A stretch of DNA of 64,000 nucleotides from an uncultured Chloroflexia bacterium (lineage in GTDB: Bacteria > Chloroflexota > Limnocylindria > Limnocylindrales > CSP1-4). Both the position numbers and the translations under genes were made by a program. Below are positions 37,699-46,800 of this stretch, piece after piece; position 1 is the first letter of the stretch, and the number at the start of each line of letters is the position of its first letter. The DNA lies in assembly GCA_963742075.1 (NCBI GenBank), contig CAVUKR010000012.1, positions 7,237-71,236 on the forward strand. Direction: 5' to 3'. Below the pieces are notes generated by a model. The model had not been told where the DNA came from. It saw only the letters and a list, made by a program, of their open reading frames with translations, and made no database searches.

Positions 37699-38816
37699 CG
37701 GCCGTGGCGACGATGGTCCGATCCGATCCGCCGGAGGCTCGCTCCACGGCCCTGGTCCTCGCGCACGCGCATCTCCGGCTCGGGGCGCTGGCGCTGGCGC
37801 GGGTCGAGCTCGAGACGATGGCCACCCTCGGCCTCCTCGACGGCCCCGGGCTGGTCGATCTCGCTGAGGTGCGCTGGCGGACCGGCGACCTGACGCGGGC
37901 GGGCGAGGCGGCCGCGGCGGCGATCCAGGCCGACGTGAACGACCCCGTCGCGCTCGTGGTGGCGGCCGAGGCCGGGGCCTCGCTCGGCCGTCCGAGCGAG
38001 GCGCGCCGGTTCGCCCAGCGGGCCATGGCGACGGCCGTCGGCTCGATCGACGTGATCTTCGCGGGCATGCCCCGCGCGGGGGTCTGGCCACCCGACGCCG
38101 ACGAACCGCCGCCGACGGCGCCGACGATGTTCGAGCGCGGTCCGGAGATCGCGCCACCCGTCGAGCCCGAAGCGTCGCCCTCGCCGTCCCCGGCGGCTGC
38201 GGAGTGGACCGGTCGCGCCGACGGGTCCGATGACCCTCGGCTTCTGGGACGACGACGAGACGGTCGACCCGGGGCCGATCGGGCTGCCCGACCCGGCGGC
38301 CGAACTCGAGGCCGGTCGGGCCGCCCTGGTGGCCGGCTCGGACGACGAGGCCGCGCTCCACCTTGGCCTCGCGCTTCGCCTCGCGCCGGCCCTCGCGCCG
38401 GCAGTCCTCGAGGCGACGGCCGGCGCGCGCGGTCCCGTCGTGGCGATGGTGCGTGGTGACGCATATCGGCTCGCGGGCCACGAGGCCGAGGCGCGCAATG
38501 CCTATGCGGATGCGTCCCATGGCGGCCCGCCGGAGCGGCGCAAGCGGACCCGGATCAAGGCCTCGAAGTCGGCGGGGGTCGAGGCCGAGGTCGAGGACGT
38601 GGAGCCGGCCGCACCGGACGAGGCGACCGAGACGGCGGGCGCGACGACGGACGGGCGAGCTGACGACGACGCGCCGACCCCGGCGACGAGATGACGACCG
38701 CCGCGGTCGACGGGGACACCGACGCGCCGGGCGTCGCGGACGACGATGGCCCGCACGACGGTGCCGATGGCACGGCGTCTCCGGCCATCGACCCGGACGG
38801 TGACCCGATCGCCTGA
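37695..38816 (+). CDS. Hypothetical helical-repeat (TPR-like) protein with acidic tail (about 2 frameshifts)
   Basis: Ala/Leu-rich helices LAEVRWRTGD and RGDAYRLAGHEAEARNAY in successive frames; acidic tail continues to TGA 38814-38816. Confidence 0.55.
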
Positions 38817-38877
38817 TCCGCCCCCGCCATCCGATACAATCCCGCGGACCCCAACCCCGACCGTACCCAAGGAAGAC

Positions 38878-39345
38878 ATGCCAGGCACCGAACGGACCCT
38901 CGTCCTGATCAAGCCCGACGGCGTCCAGCGCCAGCTGGTCGGCCGCATCCTCGCCCGCTACGAGGATCGTGGCCTCCGGCTCGTCGGTCTCAAGCTCGTC
39001 CACGTCGATCGCGACCTCGCCGAGCGGCATTACGCCGCCCATCGCGAGAAGCCGTTCTTCGCCGGACTCGTCGAGTTCATCATCTCGGCGCCACTGGTGG
39101 CCGTCGCGTTCGACGGTCCGAACGCGATCGCGGTCGTGCGGGCGATCAATGGCGCCACCCGGCCACACGAGGCCGCTCCCGGCACGATCCGTGGCGACTT
39201 CGCGCTCGAGACCGCGCAGAACATCGTCCACGCGTCCGATAGCGCCGAGGCGGCCGAGACGGAGCTGGCCCTCTGGTTCAGCCCCGACCAGCTGCTCGAT
39301 TACGAGCGCGACATCGACCGCTGGGTCCTCGCCCCGAACGACTGA
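38878..39345 (+). CDS. ndk: Nucleoside-diphosphate kinase
   Basis: ERTLVLIKPDGV, HYAAH, PGTIRGDF, NIVHASDS. Confidence 0.95.
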   Translation: MPGTERTLVLIKPDGVQRQLVGRILARYEDRGLRLVGLKLVHVDRDLAERHYAAHREKPFFAGLVEFIISAPLVAVAFDGPNAIAVVRAINGATRPHEAAPGTIRGDFALETAQNIVHASDSAEAAETELALWFSPDQLLDYERDIDRWVLAPND

Positions 39346-39357
39346 CCGAACCCGACG

Positions 39358-40920
39358 CTACTGCGTCGCGGACGGCGCCGCTGACGGGGTCGCCGACGGC
39401 TCCTCGGTCGAGGCTCCTCGGTCGGCACCACGGAGGGGGTCGCGGACGGCAGGGCGCCCGACGGCGCCGGCGCGCCGATGCCGTGCGGGCTCACCAGCAC
39501 CGGCGGTCCTTCCGCCGCGGCCGCGGGACCACCGAACGCTCCGCCGGCCGTGGCAAGTGCGGTCACGGCCAGCACGAACGCGATGGCCCCGGTGCTGAAC
39601 GCCCGGTTGGCCTGCCAGGTCGTGGACAGCCACGGGCGGATGGCCGTGACGTCGAGCGGCGTGACGACCGGTCGCCAGGCGTCGACCGGGTCGAGGACGC
39701 GGTCCGGCCGCCTCAGCCCGATCACCAGCAGCCGACCGTAGTAGGCGATCGGCGCGAGCGCGGCGATGAGCACGACCGTGGCGAACGGCCCGGGCAGCGC
39801 GCCCTCGATGATCGCGGTCCGCGCCTCGAATGACGCGAGCCCCGGGTACCCGACGCTCGCGATGACGACCAGCCCGAACGCGACCGTCAGGAGCGGGGAA
39901 CGGAGCGCCCAGCCTCGAAGGTCGCCGACCCGCCCGGTCCAGAACCCGGCCCGGATGCCGGCGACCCACGCGGCGAACGCGCTCCGGGCGATGACGAACG
40001 CGAGGATCCATGTCCGCGCGGGCGCCCAGGCCTCGGGACCGAGCGCGGCCAGGGACAGGATGACGATCCCGGCGTCGCCGACGATCGAGTAGCCGAGGAT
40101 GTGCTCGATATCGTCCTGGACGAAAGCGGCGACGGCCGCCAGCACGATCGATGCGACCGCGATGCCGATGACGATGACGCGATCCGGTCCGAGATCGGTC
40201 GCGAGCGGCGCCACCGAGGCATCGATCCAGGTGACCGCGACGATCGCCAGCGAGGCGGGGGCGTACGCGGTCAGGATGGGCAACGCCGTCTCGGGAACGA
40301 CGTCGGCCAGCCGGGCGGCCCACAGGTGGAATGGGATCTCCCCGAACCGCAGCGCGACCGCGACCGCGAAGGCGAGATAGGCCAGGCCGAAGACGACCGG
40401 CTGGGCGGTGAGGCCGCTCAGGTCGCGGCCGAACCAGGCCGTGGCCGCGATCGCCAATGCCCCGGCCACGGCGACGGCGCGGGATTCGCGGATGCCGACC
40501 GTGGCGCCGGCGCGCCCGCCGCTCGGGACGAGGGTCACGAGGACGCCGAACAGGCCGCCGGCAGTGGCGACCAGGACGGCTGCCCGCGGATCGACGAGGC
40601 CGAGGGTCAGCCCGGTGGCGGCCAGGATCCCGAGCGTCACGGTCGGGGCGTCGCGCCGCGAGCCGCCGGCCAAGTCCCGAGGTCACCAGCGCGAGCCCGA
40701 TGACCGAGCCGAGCACGAGGAAGAGCCGTATGTATGCGGTCGTCGCGAGCGCCCCGCCGCCGACGACCACGACCTGGCCCGGGACGATCGCGAACGCCGT
40801 CACGACGGCCGCCGTCAGCCCGATCAGCCCGGTGCTGGTCGACAGCCGCGGGTGGGCGCGGAGGCCGAGACCGAGGCCGGTGAACGCGATGGTGACGACG
40901 ACGAACAGGACCAGGCTCAT
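39358..40920 (-). CDS. Proton-conducting membrane transporter subunit (NuoN/MrpD/HyfF-like), about 2 frameshifts
   Basis: Many TM helices; RFGEIPFHLW, QDDIEHILGYS, DLRGWA, SVGYPGLASF motifs; Pro/Ser/Thr-rich tail. Confidence 0.7.
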   Translation of the reverse strand: MSLVLFVVVTIAFTGLGLGLRAHPRLSTSTGLIGLTAAVVTAFAIVPGQVVVVGGGALATTAYIRLFLVLGSVIGLALVTSGLGRRLAARRPDRDARDPGRHRADPRPRRSAGSRPGRHCRRPVRRPRDPRPERRARRRHGRHPRIPRRRRGRGIGDRGHGLVRPRPERPHRPAGRLRPGLSRLRGRGRAAVRGDPIPPVGRPAGRRRSRDGVAHPDRVRPRLAGDRRGHLDRCLGGAARDRSRTGSRHRHRHRGRIDRAGGRRRFRPGRYRAHPRLLDRRRRRDRHPVPGRARSRGLGARADMDPRVRHRPERVRRVGRRHPGRVLDRAGRRPSRLGAPFPAPDGRVRAGRHRERRVPGARVIRGADRDHRGRAARAVRHGRAHRRARADRLLRSAAGDRAEAAGPRPRPGRRLATGRHAARRHGHPPVAVHDLAGQPGVQHRGHRVRAGRDRTCHGRRSVRWSRGRGGRTAGAGEPARHRRAGAVGRPAVRDPLRGADRGASTEEPSATPSAAPSATQ

Positions 40921-41580
40921 CGAGGCTCGACCGGCTGGCGGTCGACGGCATGGCTCGAGCGGCGCGGCGTCCCGGTGGACATCTCGAAGTCGTCGCGGCC
41001 GTCGGTCCGCGCTGTCAGCGCGAGGATCGCGACCGTGCCGCCGAGCGTCGCGACCAGGCCGGCGGTCAACAGCTCCTCGAGCGAGTCGGGCGTGCCGCCG
41101 ACTCCGGTCCGGACCAGGAGGGCACCGGCGATCAGGAGGGCGAGTCCGAGGCCGACGCGCAGGACGTCGCGCCCGGTCGCGATCGGGACGATGGCGAGGG
41201 CCGCGAGCGCGAACCCGGCGGCCGACGCGAGCTCCGGGCCGCGGCCGGCGCCCCGAGCCCATGGCTCCCGTAGCCGACGACGGCGGCCCCGGCCGCGAGG
41301 AACGCGTCGGTCGGCCAGCCGACGAGCGAGCCGCCGGTTCGCAGCCGCGGTCCGCGGGTCGCGACCCACAGCAGGTAGCCGGCCAGGATGGCCGCGACGA
41401 GGCGAGCGGCAAGGCCGAGGGACGCCGGCAGGGGATCGGCCAGGACCGGGGCGGCGACCATGGTCACGACGAGGCCGAGGATCGCGGTCCGGGCGTTCCT
41501 GGCAGACCCGGCCACGAGGGCTCCGACCACGACCGCGAGCGCGACCCCCACGAGGGCCGGGTTCACGGCAAGTCGCTCAT
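40917..41580 (-). CDS. Small multi-pass membrane protein, possibly HyfE-like (frameshifted)
   Basis: About 6-7 TM helices across two frames; ATG 41580 overlaps the lepB stop and its own stop overlaps the next start. Confidence 0.55.
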
Positions 41581-42176
41581 TGGGTCGTCGGAGCCAGCTC
41601 CGGGTAGGTCGGCGTGGGGAGGATGCCGAAGACACTGATCGGCCAGTAGCGAAGCCACGCGCGCCCGATGATCTTGTTGACGGCGACCTCGCCGAACGTC
41701 CGCGAATCCTCGGAGTTCTCGCGGTGGTCGCCCATCAGGAACACCGAGCCCGCCGAGACCACCCAGCGGTGGGTGTCGCCCGGCACGGTCGTCGGCTGGG
41801 CTGGGTCGCTCGGCGTCTCTGCGTAGAGATACGGCTCATCGATCTTGGTCCCGTTGATGAAGACGCTCCCGTCGCGGATCTCGACAGTGTCGCCGCTGAG
41901 CCCGATGACGCGCTTGATGAACGGCGTGCCGTCAGGCTGGACCCATTCGTCGGGCGGCGTGAACACGACGATATCGCCGCGCTTGTAGGTGTCGAAGCGC
42001 GGCGACAACTTGTCCACCAGGACGTACTGGTCGGGCTCCAGCGTGTGCTCCATCGACATCTGCTGGACCTTGTACGGTTGGGCGACGAACGTCTGGATGA
42101 CGAAGAAGATGATGAGCGTGAGAACGAGTGTCTCGACGATCTCGACGAGACAACCGAGCATGGGTCTTCGGGTCAC
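41577..42176 (-). CDS. lepB: Signal peptidase I
   Basis: SMEHTL (Ser), RGDIVVF, FIKRVIG (Lys), GDHRENSEDSR. Confidence 0.95.
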   Translation of the reverse strand: MTRRPMLGCLVEIVETLVLTLIIFFVIQTFVAQPYKVQQMSMEHTLEPDQYVLVDKLSPRFDTYKRGDIVVFTPPDEWVQPDGTPFIKRVIGLSGDTVEIRDGSVFINGTKIDEPYLYAETPSDPAQPTTVPGDTHRWVVSAGSVFLMGDHRENSEDSRTFGEVAVNKIIGRAWLRYWPISVFGILPTPTYPELAPTTQ

Positions 42177-42266
42177 AAGACGCGCAGTATAGGGGCTGCA
42201 TCAGCGAGCCGCCGCCGGTCGTCGTGCGCGCGTCATCTGCGTGCATATCGCGCCCGGCGGGCGAGT

Positions 42267-42296
42267 TTGACCCGGCTTCTCGCGCCTTGTTACACT
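42267..42296 (+). promoter_or_regulatory. Sigma70-type promoter for hppA
   Basis: TTGACC (42267-42272), 18-nt spacer, TGt-TACACT (42291-42296). Confidence 0.6.
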
Positions 42297-42441
42297 CGCC
42301 GCCGACCTGCAGGTCCCGCCCCAGAGTGCTCGCCAAACGGGATCAAGCAGGCATTCCCCGGTCGTCCGCACCCAAGCGGCGCACGCCACGCGCCGGGTCG
42401 GAACCCGGTCATCAGCCCAAGGTGGAGGACCCTCTGTCCTG

Positions 42442-44673
42442 ATGGACGCCAGTCAGCTCCAGTTGATCATCCTGCCGGTCGGCATCATCGCGATCCTGTT
42501 CGCGATCTACCTCGCACGGGACGTCCTGTCGCGCGATACCGGGACGGCGGCGATGGAGGATGTCGCCGGCACGATCTACGAGGGCGCGACCGCCTTCATC
42601 CGCCGCCAGTACACGACGATCGCCGTCCTCGCGGTCGTCGGGGCGGTCGTGATCGGGATCGTCATCGGGATCGTGGAGACGGCCGACGTCGCCGACGTGC
42701 CCAAGCTGGCGGGTCTGCCGATCGGGGTCATGACCGGGTTCGCGTTCCTCATCGGCGCCGCGTGCTCGATGGCGTCGGGGATCATCGGGATGCTCATCGC
42801 GGTCAAGGCCAACGTCCGCACCGCATCCGCGGCCCGGCGCAGCCTCGTCGAGGCCGTCCAGGTCGCCATGCGCGGTGGGGCCGTCTCGGGCTTCCTCGTC
42901 GTGGCGCTCTCGCTCCTTGGCGTGTGGGGCATCTTCACCTTCTACTCGACATTCATCGGCGAGGTCACCGTCGCGGAGGCGCCGTTCCTCATCGTCGGCT
43001 TCGGGTTCGGGGCCTCGTTCGTCGCCCTGTTCGCGCAGCTCGGCGGCGGCATCTACACCAAGGCCGCCGACGTCGGGTCCGACCTGGTCGGCAAGGTCGA
43101 GAAGGGGATCCCGGAGGACGACCCGCGCAACGCCGGGGTCATCGCCGACCTCGTCGGCGACAACGTCGGCGACTGCGCCGGCCGCGGCGCGGACCTGTTC
43201 GAATCGACCGCGGCCGAGAACATCGGCGCGATGATCCTCGGGGTCGGCGTCTACTCCATCGCGGTGACCGCCGGCTGGCCGAACCCGCAGGCCTGGATCT
43301 TCTTCCCGCTGGTCGTCCGCGCGTTCGGGCTCCTGGCGACGATCGTGGCGATCTTCTTCGTCCGCGGGAAGGAGACCGAGAACCCCATGAACATGCTCAA
43401 CCGCGGGTACTGGGTCACGACCCTGCTGTCCGTGGTGGGCCTGGGGATCACGACCGCCGTGATGATGAACACCAACGGCACGACCGGGAACGGCGGCTTC
43501 CCGACGTGGGTCTACTTCTTCGCGGCGGGCATCGTCGGCCTTGCCACCAGCGTGGCGTTCGTCTACATCACCCAGTACTACACGGCCGGCTCGTACCGGC
43601 CCGTCCGTGAGATCGCCGAGGCATCCAAGACCGGCCCGGCCACGAACATCATCGCCGGGACCGCGGTCGGCTTCGAGACGACCGCCGTGACCGCGATCAC
43701 GATCGGGATCGCGCTGTTCGTCAGCCACTGGCTCGGCGACCAGGCCAACCTCCAGTCCGCGACCGGCGTGAACGTCGGCGGCATCTTCGGGACCGCCGTG
43801 GCGACGATGGGCATGCTGATGACCACGGCCTACATCCTCGCCATGGACACGTTCGGCCCGATCACCGACAACGCCGGCGGGATCGCCGAGTTCAGCCGCA
43901 TCGAGGCTGGTGCCCGCGAGATCACCGACCGGCTCGACGCGGTCGGCAACACGACCAAGGCCCTGACCAAGGGCTACGCGATCGCGTCCGCGTCGCTGGC
44001 CGCCTTCCTGCTGTTCAGCGCCTACATCGACAAGATCAACCTCATCCAGGGCCGCCGGATCGCGGCCGGCGTGCCGGGTGCCGAGCTGCTCAACTCGGTC
44101 AACCTGGCCAACGTCAACGTGTTCATCGCGGCGCTGCTTGCGGCGACACTCGTCTACTTCTTCAGCTCGCTGGCCATCCGCGCGGTCGGCAACACGGCGC
44201 AGTCGATCATCGTCGAGGTCCGACGCCAGTTCCGCGAGATGCCCGGGATCATGGACTACACGCAGCGCCCGGACTACGCCCGCGTCGTCGACATCACGAC
44301 TGCGGCGGCTCTCCGCCAGATGATCCTGCCGGGTGTGGTCGCGGTGGCCACGCCGATCGCCATCGGGCTCATCCTCGGCTTCGAGGCGGTCGCCGGGATG
44401 CTGATGGTGGGCACGATCGCGGGCGTCCTGCTCGCGACCGTCCTCAACAACGGCGGTGGCGCGTGGGACAACGCCAAGAAGTACATCGAGTCGGGGCACC
44501 TCACCGACGACCAGGGCAACGTGCTCGGCAAAGGGTCCGAGGCGCACGCGGCCGCGGTCGTCGGCGACACCGTCGGCGATCCGTTCAAGGACACCGCCGG
44601 TCCGTCGCTCCACGTGCTCGTCAAGCTCCTCGCGACGATCTCGCTCGTCCTCGCACCGCTGTTCATCCGATAG
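42442..44673 (+). CDS. hppA: Membrane H+-translocating pyrophosphatase, predicted K+-independent
   Basis: GGGIYTKAADVGSDLVGKVE, EDDPRN, DNVGD, DNAGG, GGAWDNAKK, GDTVGDPFKDT; GNTTKA has Lys at the K+-dependence determinant. Confidence 0.95.
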   Translation: MDASQLQLIILPVGIIAILFAIYLARDVLSRDTGTAAMEDVAGTIYEGATAFIRRQYTTIAVLAVVGAVVIGIVIGIVETADVADVPKLAGLPIGVMTGFAFLIGAACSMASGIIGMLIAVKANVRTASAARRSLVEAVQVAMRGGAVSGFLVVALSLLGVWGIFTFYSTFIGEVTVAEAPFLIVGFGFGASFVALFAQLGGGIYTKAADVGSDLVGKVEKGIPEDDPRNAGVIADLVGDNVGDCAGRGADLFESTAAENIGAMILGVGVYSIAVTAGWPNPQAWIFFPLVVRAFGLLATIVAIFFVRGKETENPMNMLNRGYWVTTLLSVVGLGITTAVMMNTNGTTGNGGFPTWVYFFAAGIVGLATSVAFVYITQYYTAGSYRPVREIAEASKTGPATNIIAGTAVGFETTAVTAITIGIALFVSHWLGDQANLQSATGVNVGGIFGTAVATMGMLMTTAYILAMDTFGPITDNAGGIAEFSRIEAGAREITDRLDAVGNTTKALTKGYAIASASLAAFLLFSAYIDKINLIQGRRIAAGVPGAELLNSVNLANVNVFIAALLAATLVYFFSSLAIRAVGNTAQSIIVEVRRQFREMPGIMDYTQRPDYARVVDITTAAALRQMILPGVVAVATPIAIGLILGFEAVAGMLMVGTIAGVLLATVLNNGGGAWDNAKKYIESGHLTDDQGNVLGKGSEAHAAAVVGDTVGDPFKDTAGPSLHVLVKLLATISLVLAPLFIR

Positions 44674-44703
44674 ATCAAGACGCAGACGAACCGAGAATCG
44701 TCG

Positions 44704-44810
44704 CAGATGACGAACCGAGGCCAAGGCGCCGGTGAGCACGTGAACGAGCGCGCCCCAAGGGGCGTGAGCCAGCGCGCGCAGCCGGCAACGCGGGCATCGG
44801 CCGTCATCTG
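44704..44810 (+). repeat. ERIC/RPE-like palindromic intergenic element, copy 1
   Basis: Terminal IR cagatgacg/cgtcatctg; internal CAAGGCG ... CACGTGAACGAGCGC-gccccaaggggc-GTGAGC ... CAACGC. Confidence 0.6.
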
Positions 44811-44823
44811 GGACGCCTAGCTC

Positions 44824-45648
44824 ATGGATCCGACCATCCAGGCTTTGATCATGGGGATCGTCCAGGGACTCACCGAGTTCCTGCCGGTCTCGTCGTCGGG
44901 GCACCTCATCGTCGTCCCGTTCCTGTTCGGCTGGACCGACCCGTTCATCACGTCGACCGCGTTCAGCGTCATGCTCCACGTGGGGACGCTGCTCGCCCTG
45001 CTGCTCTACTTCCGGAGGGAGTGGGTCCGCCTGGTGCCGGCCGGCCTGGCGACCATCCGCGACCGGTCGTTCGCCTCGGACCCCGACCGGCGACTGGCCT
45101 GGCTGCTGGTCGCCGCGACGATCCCGGCCGCCCTGGCGGGGTTCCTGCTCAACGACTTCCTCGAGAAGGCCGTCCGCGAGCCGGGCCTCGTCGCCCTCAT
45201 GCTGGTCAGCGGCGCGGTCATCCTCTGGCTCGCCGATCGATGGGGCGGCCTCACCAAGGGCATTCCCGACGTGACCTTCCCGCTGGCGATCGGGATCGGT
45301 GCGGCGCAGGCCCTCGCGCTGGTGCCCGGCATCAGCCGATCCGGCATCTCGATCTCGGCCGGGCGCTTCGCCGGACTCGGCCGCGCGGCCGCAGCCCGGT
45401 TCTCGTTCCTGATGGCGACCCCGATCATCGCCGGCGCGGCGATCTTCGAGGTCCGGAAGCTGGCGACGGGCGAAGCCGGCGTCCCGGTCGAGATCGGGCC
45501 GCTCCTGGTCGGGATGATCGCGTCGTTCGCGTCGGGCGTGCTGGCGATCCGGTTCATGCTGCGCTACCTGCAGACGCGTTCGCTGACGATCTTCGTGGTC
45601 TACCGCCTCGTGGTGGCGGCCGTCGTCATCGTCGCGTGGCTGCGCTGA
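44824..45648 (+). CDS. uppP: Undecaprenyl-diphosphate phosphatase
   Basis: GIVQGLTEFLPVSSSGH, PGISRSG, RFSFL. Confidence 0.95.
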   Translation: MDPTIQALIMGIVQGLTEFLPVSSSGHLIVVPFLFGWTDPFITSTAFSVMLHVGTLLALLLYFRREWVRLVPAGLATIRDRSFASDPDRRLAWLLVAATIPAALAGFLLNDFLEKAVREPGLVALMLVSGAVILWLADRWGGLTKGIPDVTFPLAIGIGAAQALALVPGISRSGISISAGRFAGLGRAAAARFSFLMATPIIAGAAIFEVRKLATGEAGVPVEIGPLLVGMIASFASGVLAIRFMLRYLQTRSLTIFVVYRLVVAAVVIVAWLR

Positions 45649-45677
45649 CGGCCATGGTGACCTGAGCGGTGGAGGTC

Positions 45678-46147
45678 ATGAAGCAGCTCCGCCAGCGCGC
45701 GATCCGCGACCTCGTGGAGCAGCGTCCCATCCGGACCCAGCAGGAGCTGGCCGCCGCGCTCCGGGACCATGGCTTCCGGACGACGCAGGCGACGATCTCG
45801 CGTGACGTCGCCGAGCTTGGCCTGATCAAGGTCACCCGCGAGGGTACGGCCGCATACGCGCTGCCGCCGCGCCTCGTCGAGGCGGAGACCTCGGGCGAGG
45901 ACCGGCTGCGCAAGCTGCTGGCCGACCTCCCGATCGAGATCCGGGAGGCCGGCTGCTGCTGGTGGTTCGCACCCTGCCCGGATCTGCCCACGCGATCGCG
46001 GCCGCCCTGGACCGCGCACGCTGGCCCGAGGTCGCGGGGTCCGTCGCGGGTGACGACACGCTCTTCGTCGCGTTCGCGGATCGCGGGTCGCTCCAGCGGA
46101 TCAAGCGGCGGCTGGTCGCGTTGACCGAGGTGGCGTCGGGCGGTTGA
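45678..46147 (+). CDS. argR: Arginine repressor (frameshift near 45952)
   Basis: [13 protein letters not shown]; second frame [23 protein letters not shown]; GGAGG RBS. Confidence 0.9.
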
Positions 46148-46165
46148 GCGCCCGCGGTGCCGTCT

Positions 46166-46194
46166 TTGACAGCCATTCGCCCCGCGGCTACCAT
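46166..46194 (+). promoter_or_regulatory. Sigma70-type promoter for greA
   Basis: TTGACA (46166-46171), 17-nt spacer, TACCAT (46189-46194). Confidence 0.75.
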
Positions 46195-46207
46195 TCGCCT
46201 CCGGTCG

Positions 46208-46257
46208 GAACTTCAGGCGCGCGGCTCGGCCGCGGATCGCCTGGAGTTCTTTCCTTT
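46208..46257 (+). terminator. Intrinsic terminator inside the greA 5' leader
   Basis: gaacttcaggcg ... cgcctggagttc stem followed by tttccttt. Confidence 0.65.
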
Positions 46258-46320
46258 ATCCAAGACCGCTCAGCACGGTCTGCCCACATCGAACCAACAG
46301 CGAACGGGGGCCTTGAGACC

Positions 46321-46785
46321 GTGAACAACAAGCCCACGTACCTCTCCAAGGATGGCCTCGAGAAGCTCCGTTCGGAGCTCGATGAGATGGTGTCGGTCAA
46401 GCGGCCCGAGGTCGCCAATCGGATCCACGACGCCAAGGAGCACGGCGACCTGTCCGAGAACGCCGAATACGAGGACGCCAAGAACGAGCAGGCGTTCGTC
46501 GAGGGTCGGATCCAGACGCTCGAGGCGCTGATCAAGAACGCCACGATCATCGACGAGAACCACTCGACCGACCACGTCCAGATCGGCTCGACCGTGGCGG
46601 TCGAGAGCCCCGACGGCAAGGAAGCGTTCACGATCGTCGGCTCTGCCGAAGCCAAGCCCGCCGAGGGCCGGATCTCGAACGAGAGCCCGGTCGGGCGCGC
46701 CCTGCTCGGCAAGAAGAAGGGCGAGAAGGTCGTGGTCAAGGTCCCGGCCGGCGACTTCACCTACAAGATCGTCGGCATCACCTAG
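46321..46785 (+). CDS. greA: Transcription elongation factor GreA
   Basis: HGDLSENAEYEDAK, IVGSAEA, ISNESPVGRALLG. Confidence 0.95.
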   Translation: MNNKPTYLSKDGLEKLRSELDEMVSVKRPEVANRIHDAKEHGDLSENAEYEDAKNEQAFVEGRIQTLEALIKNATIIDENHSTDHVQIGSTVAVESPDGKEAFTIVGSAEAKPAEGRISNESPVGRALLGKKKGEKVVVKVPAGDFTYKIVGIT

Positions 46786-46800
46786 CTTCCCGGAGGGTCC

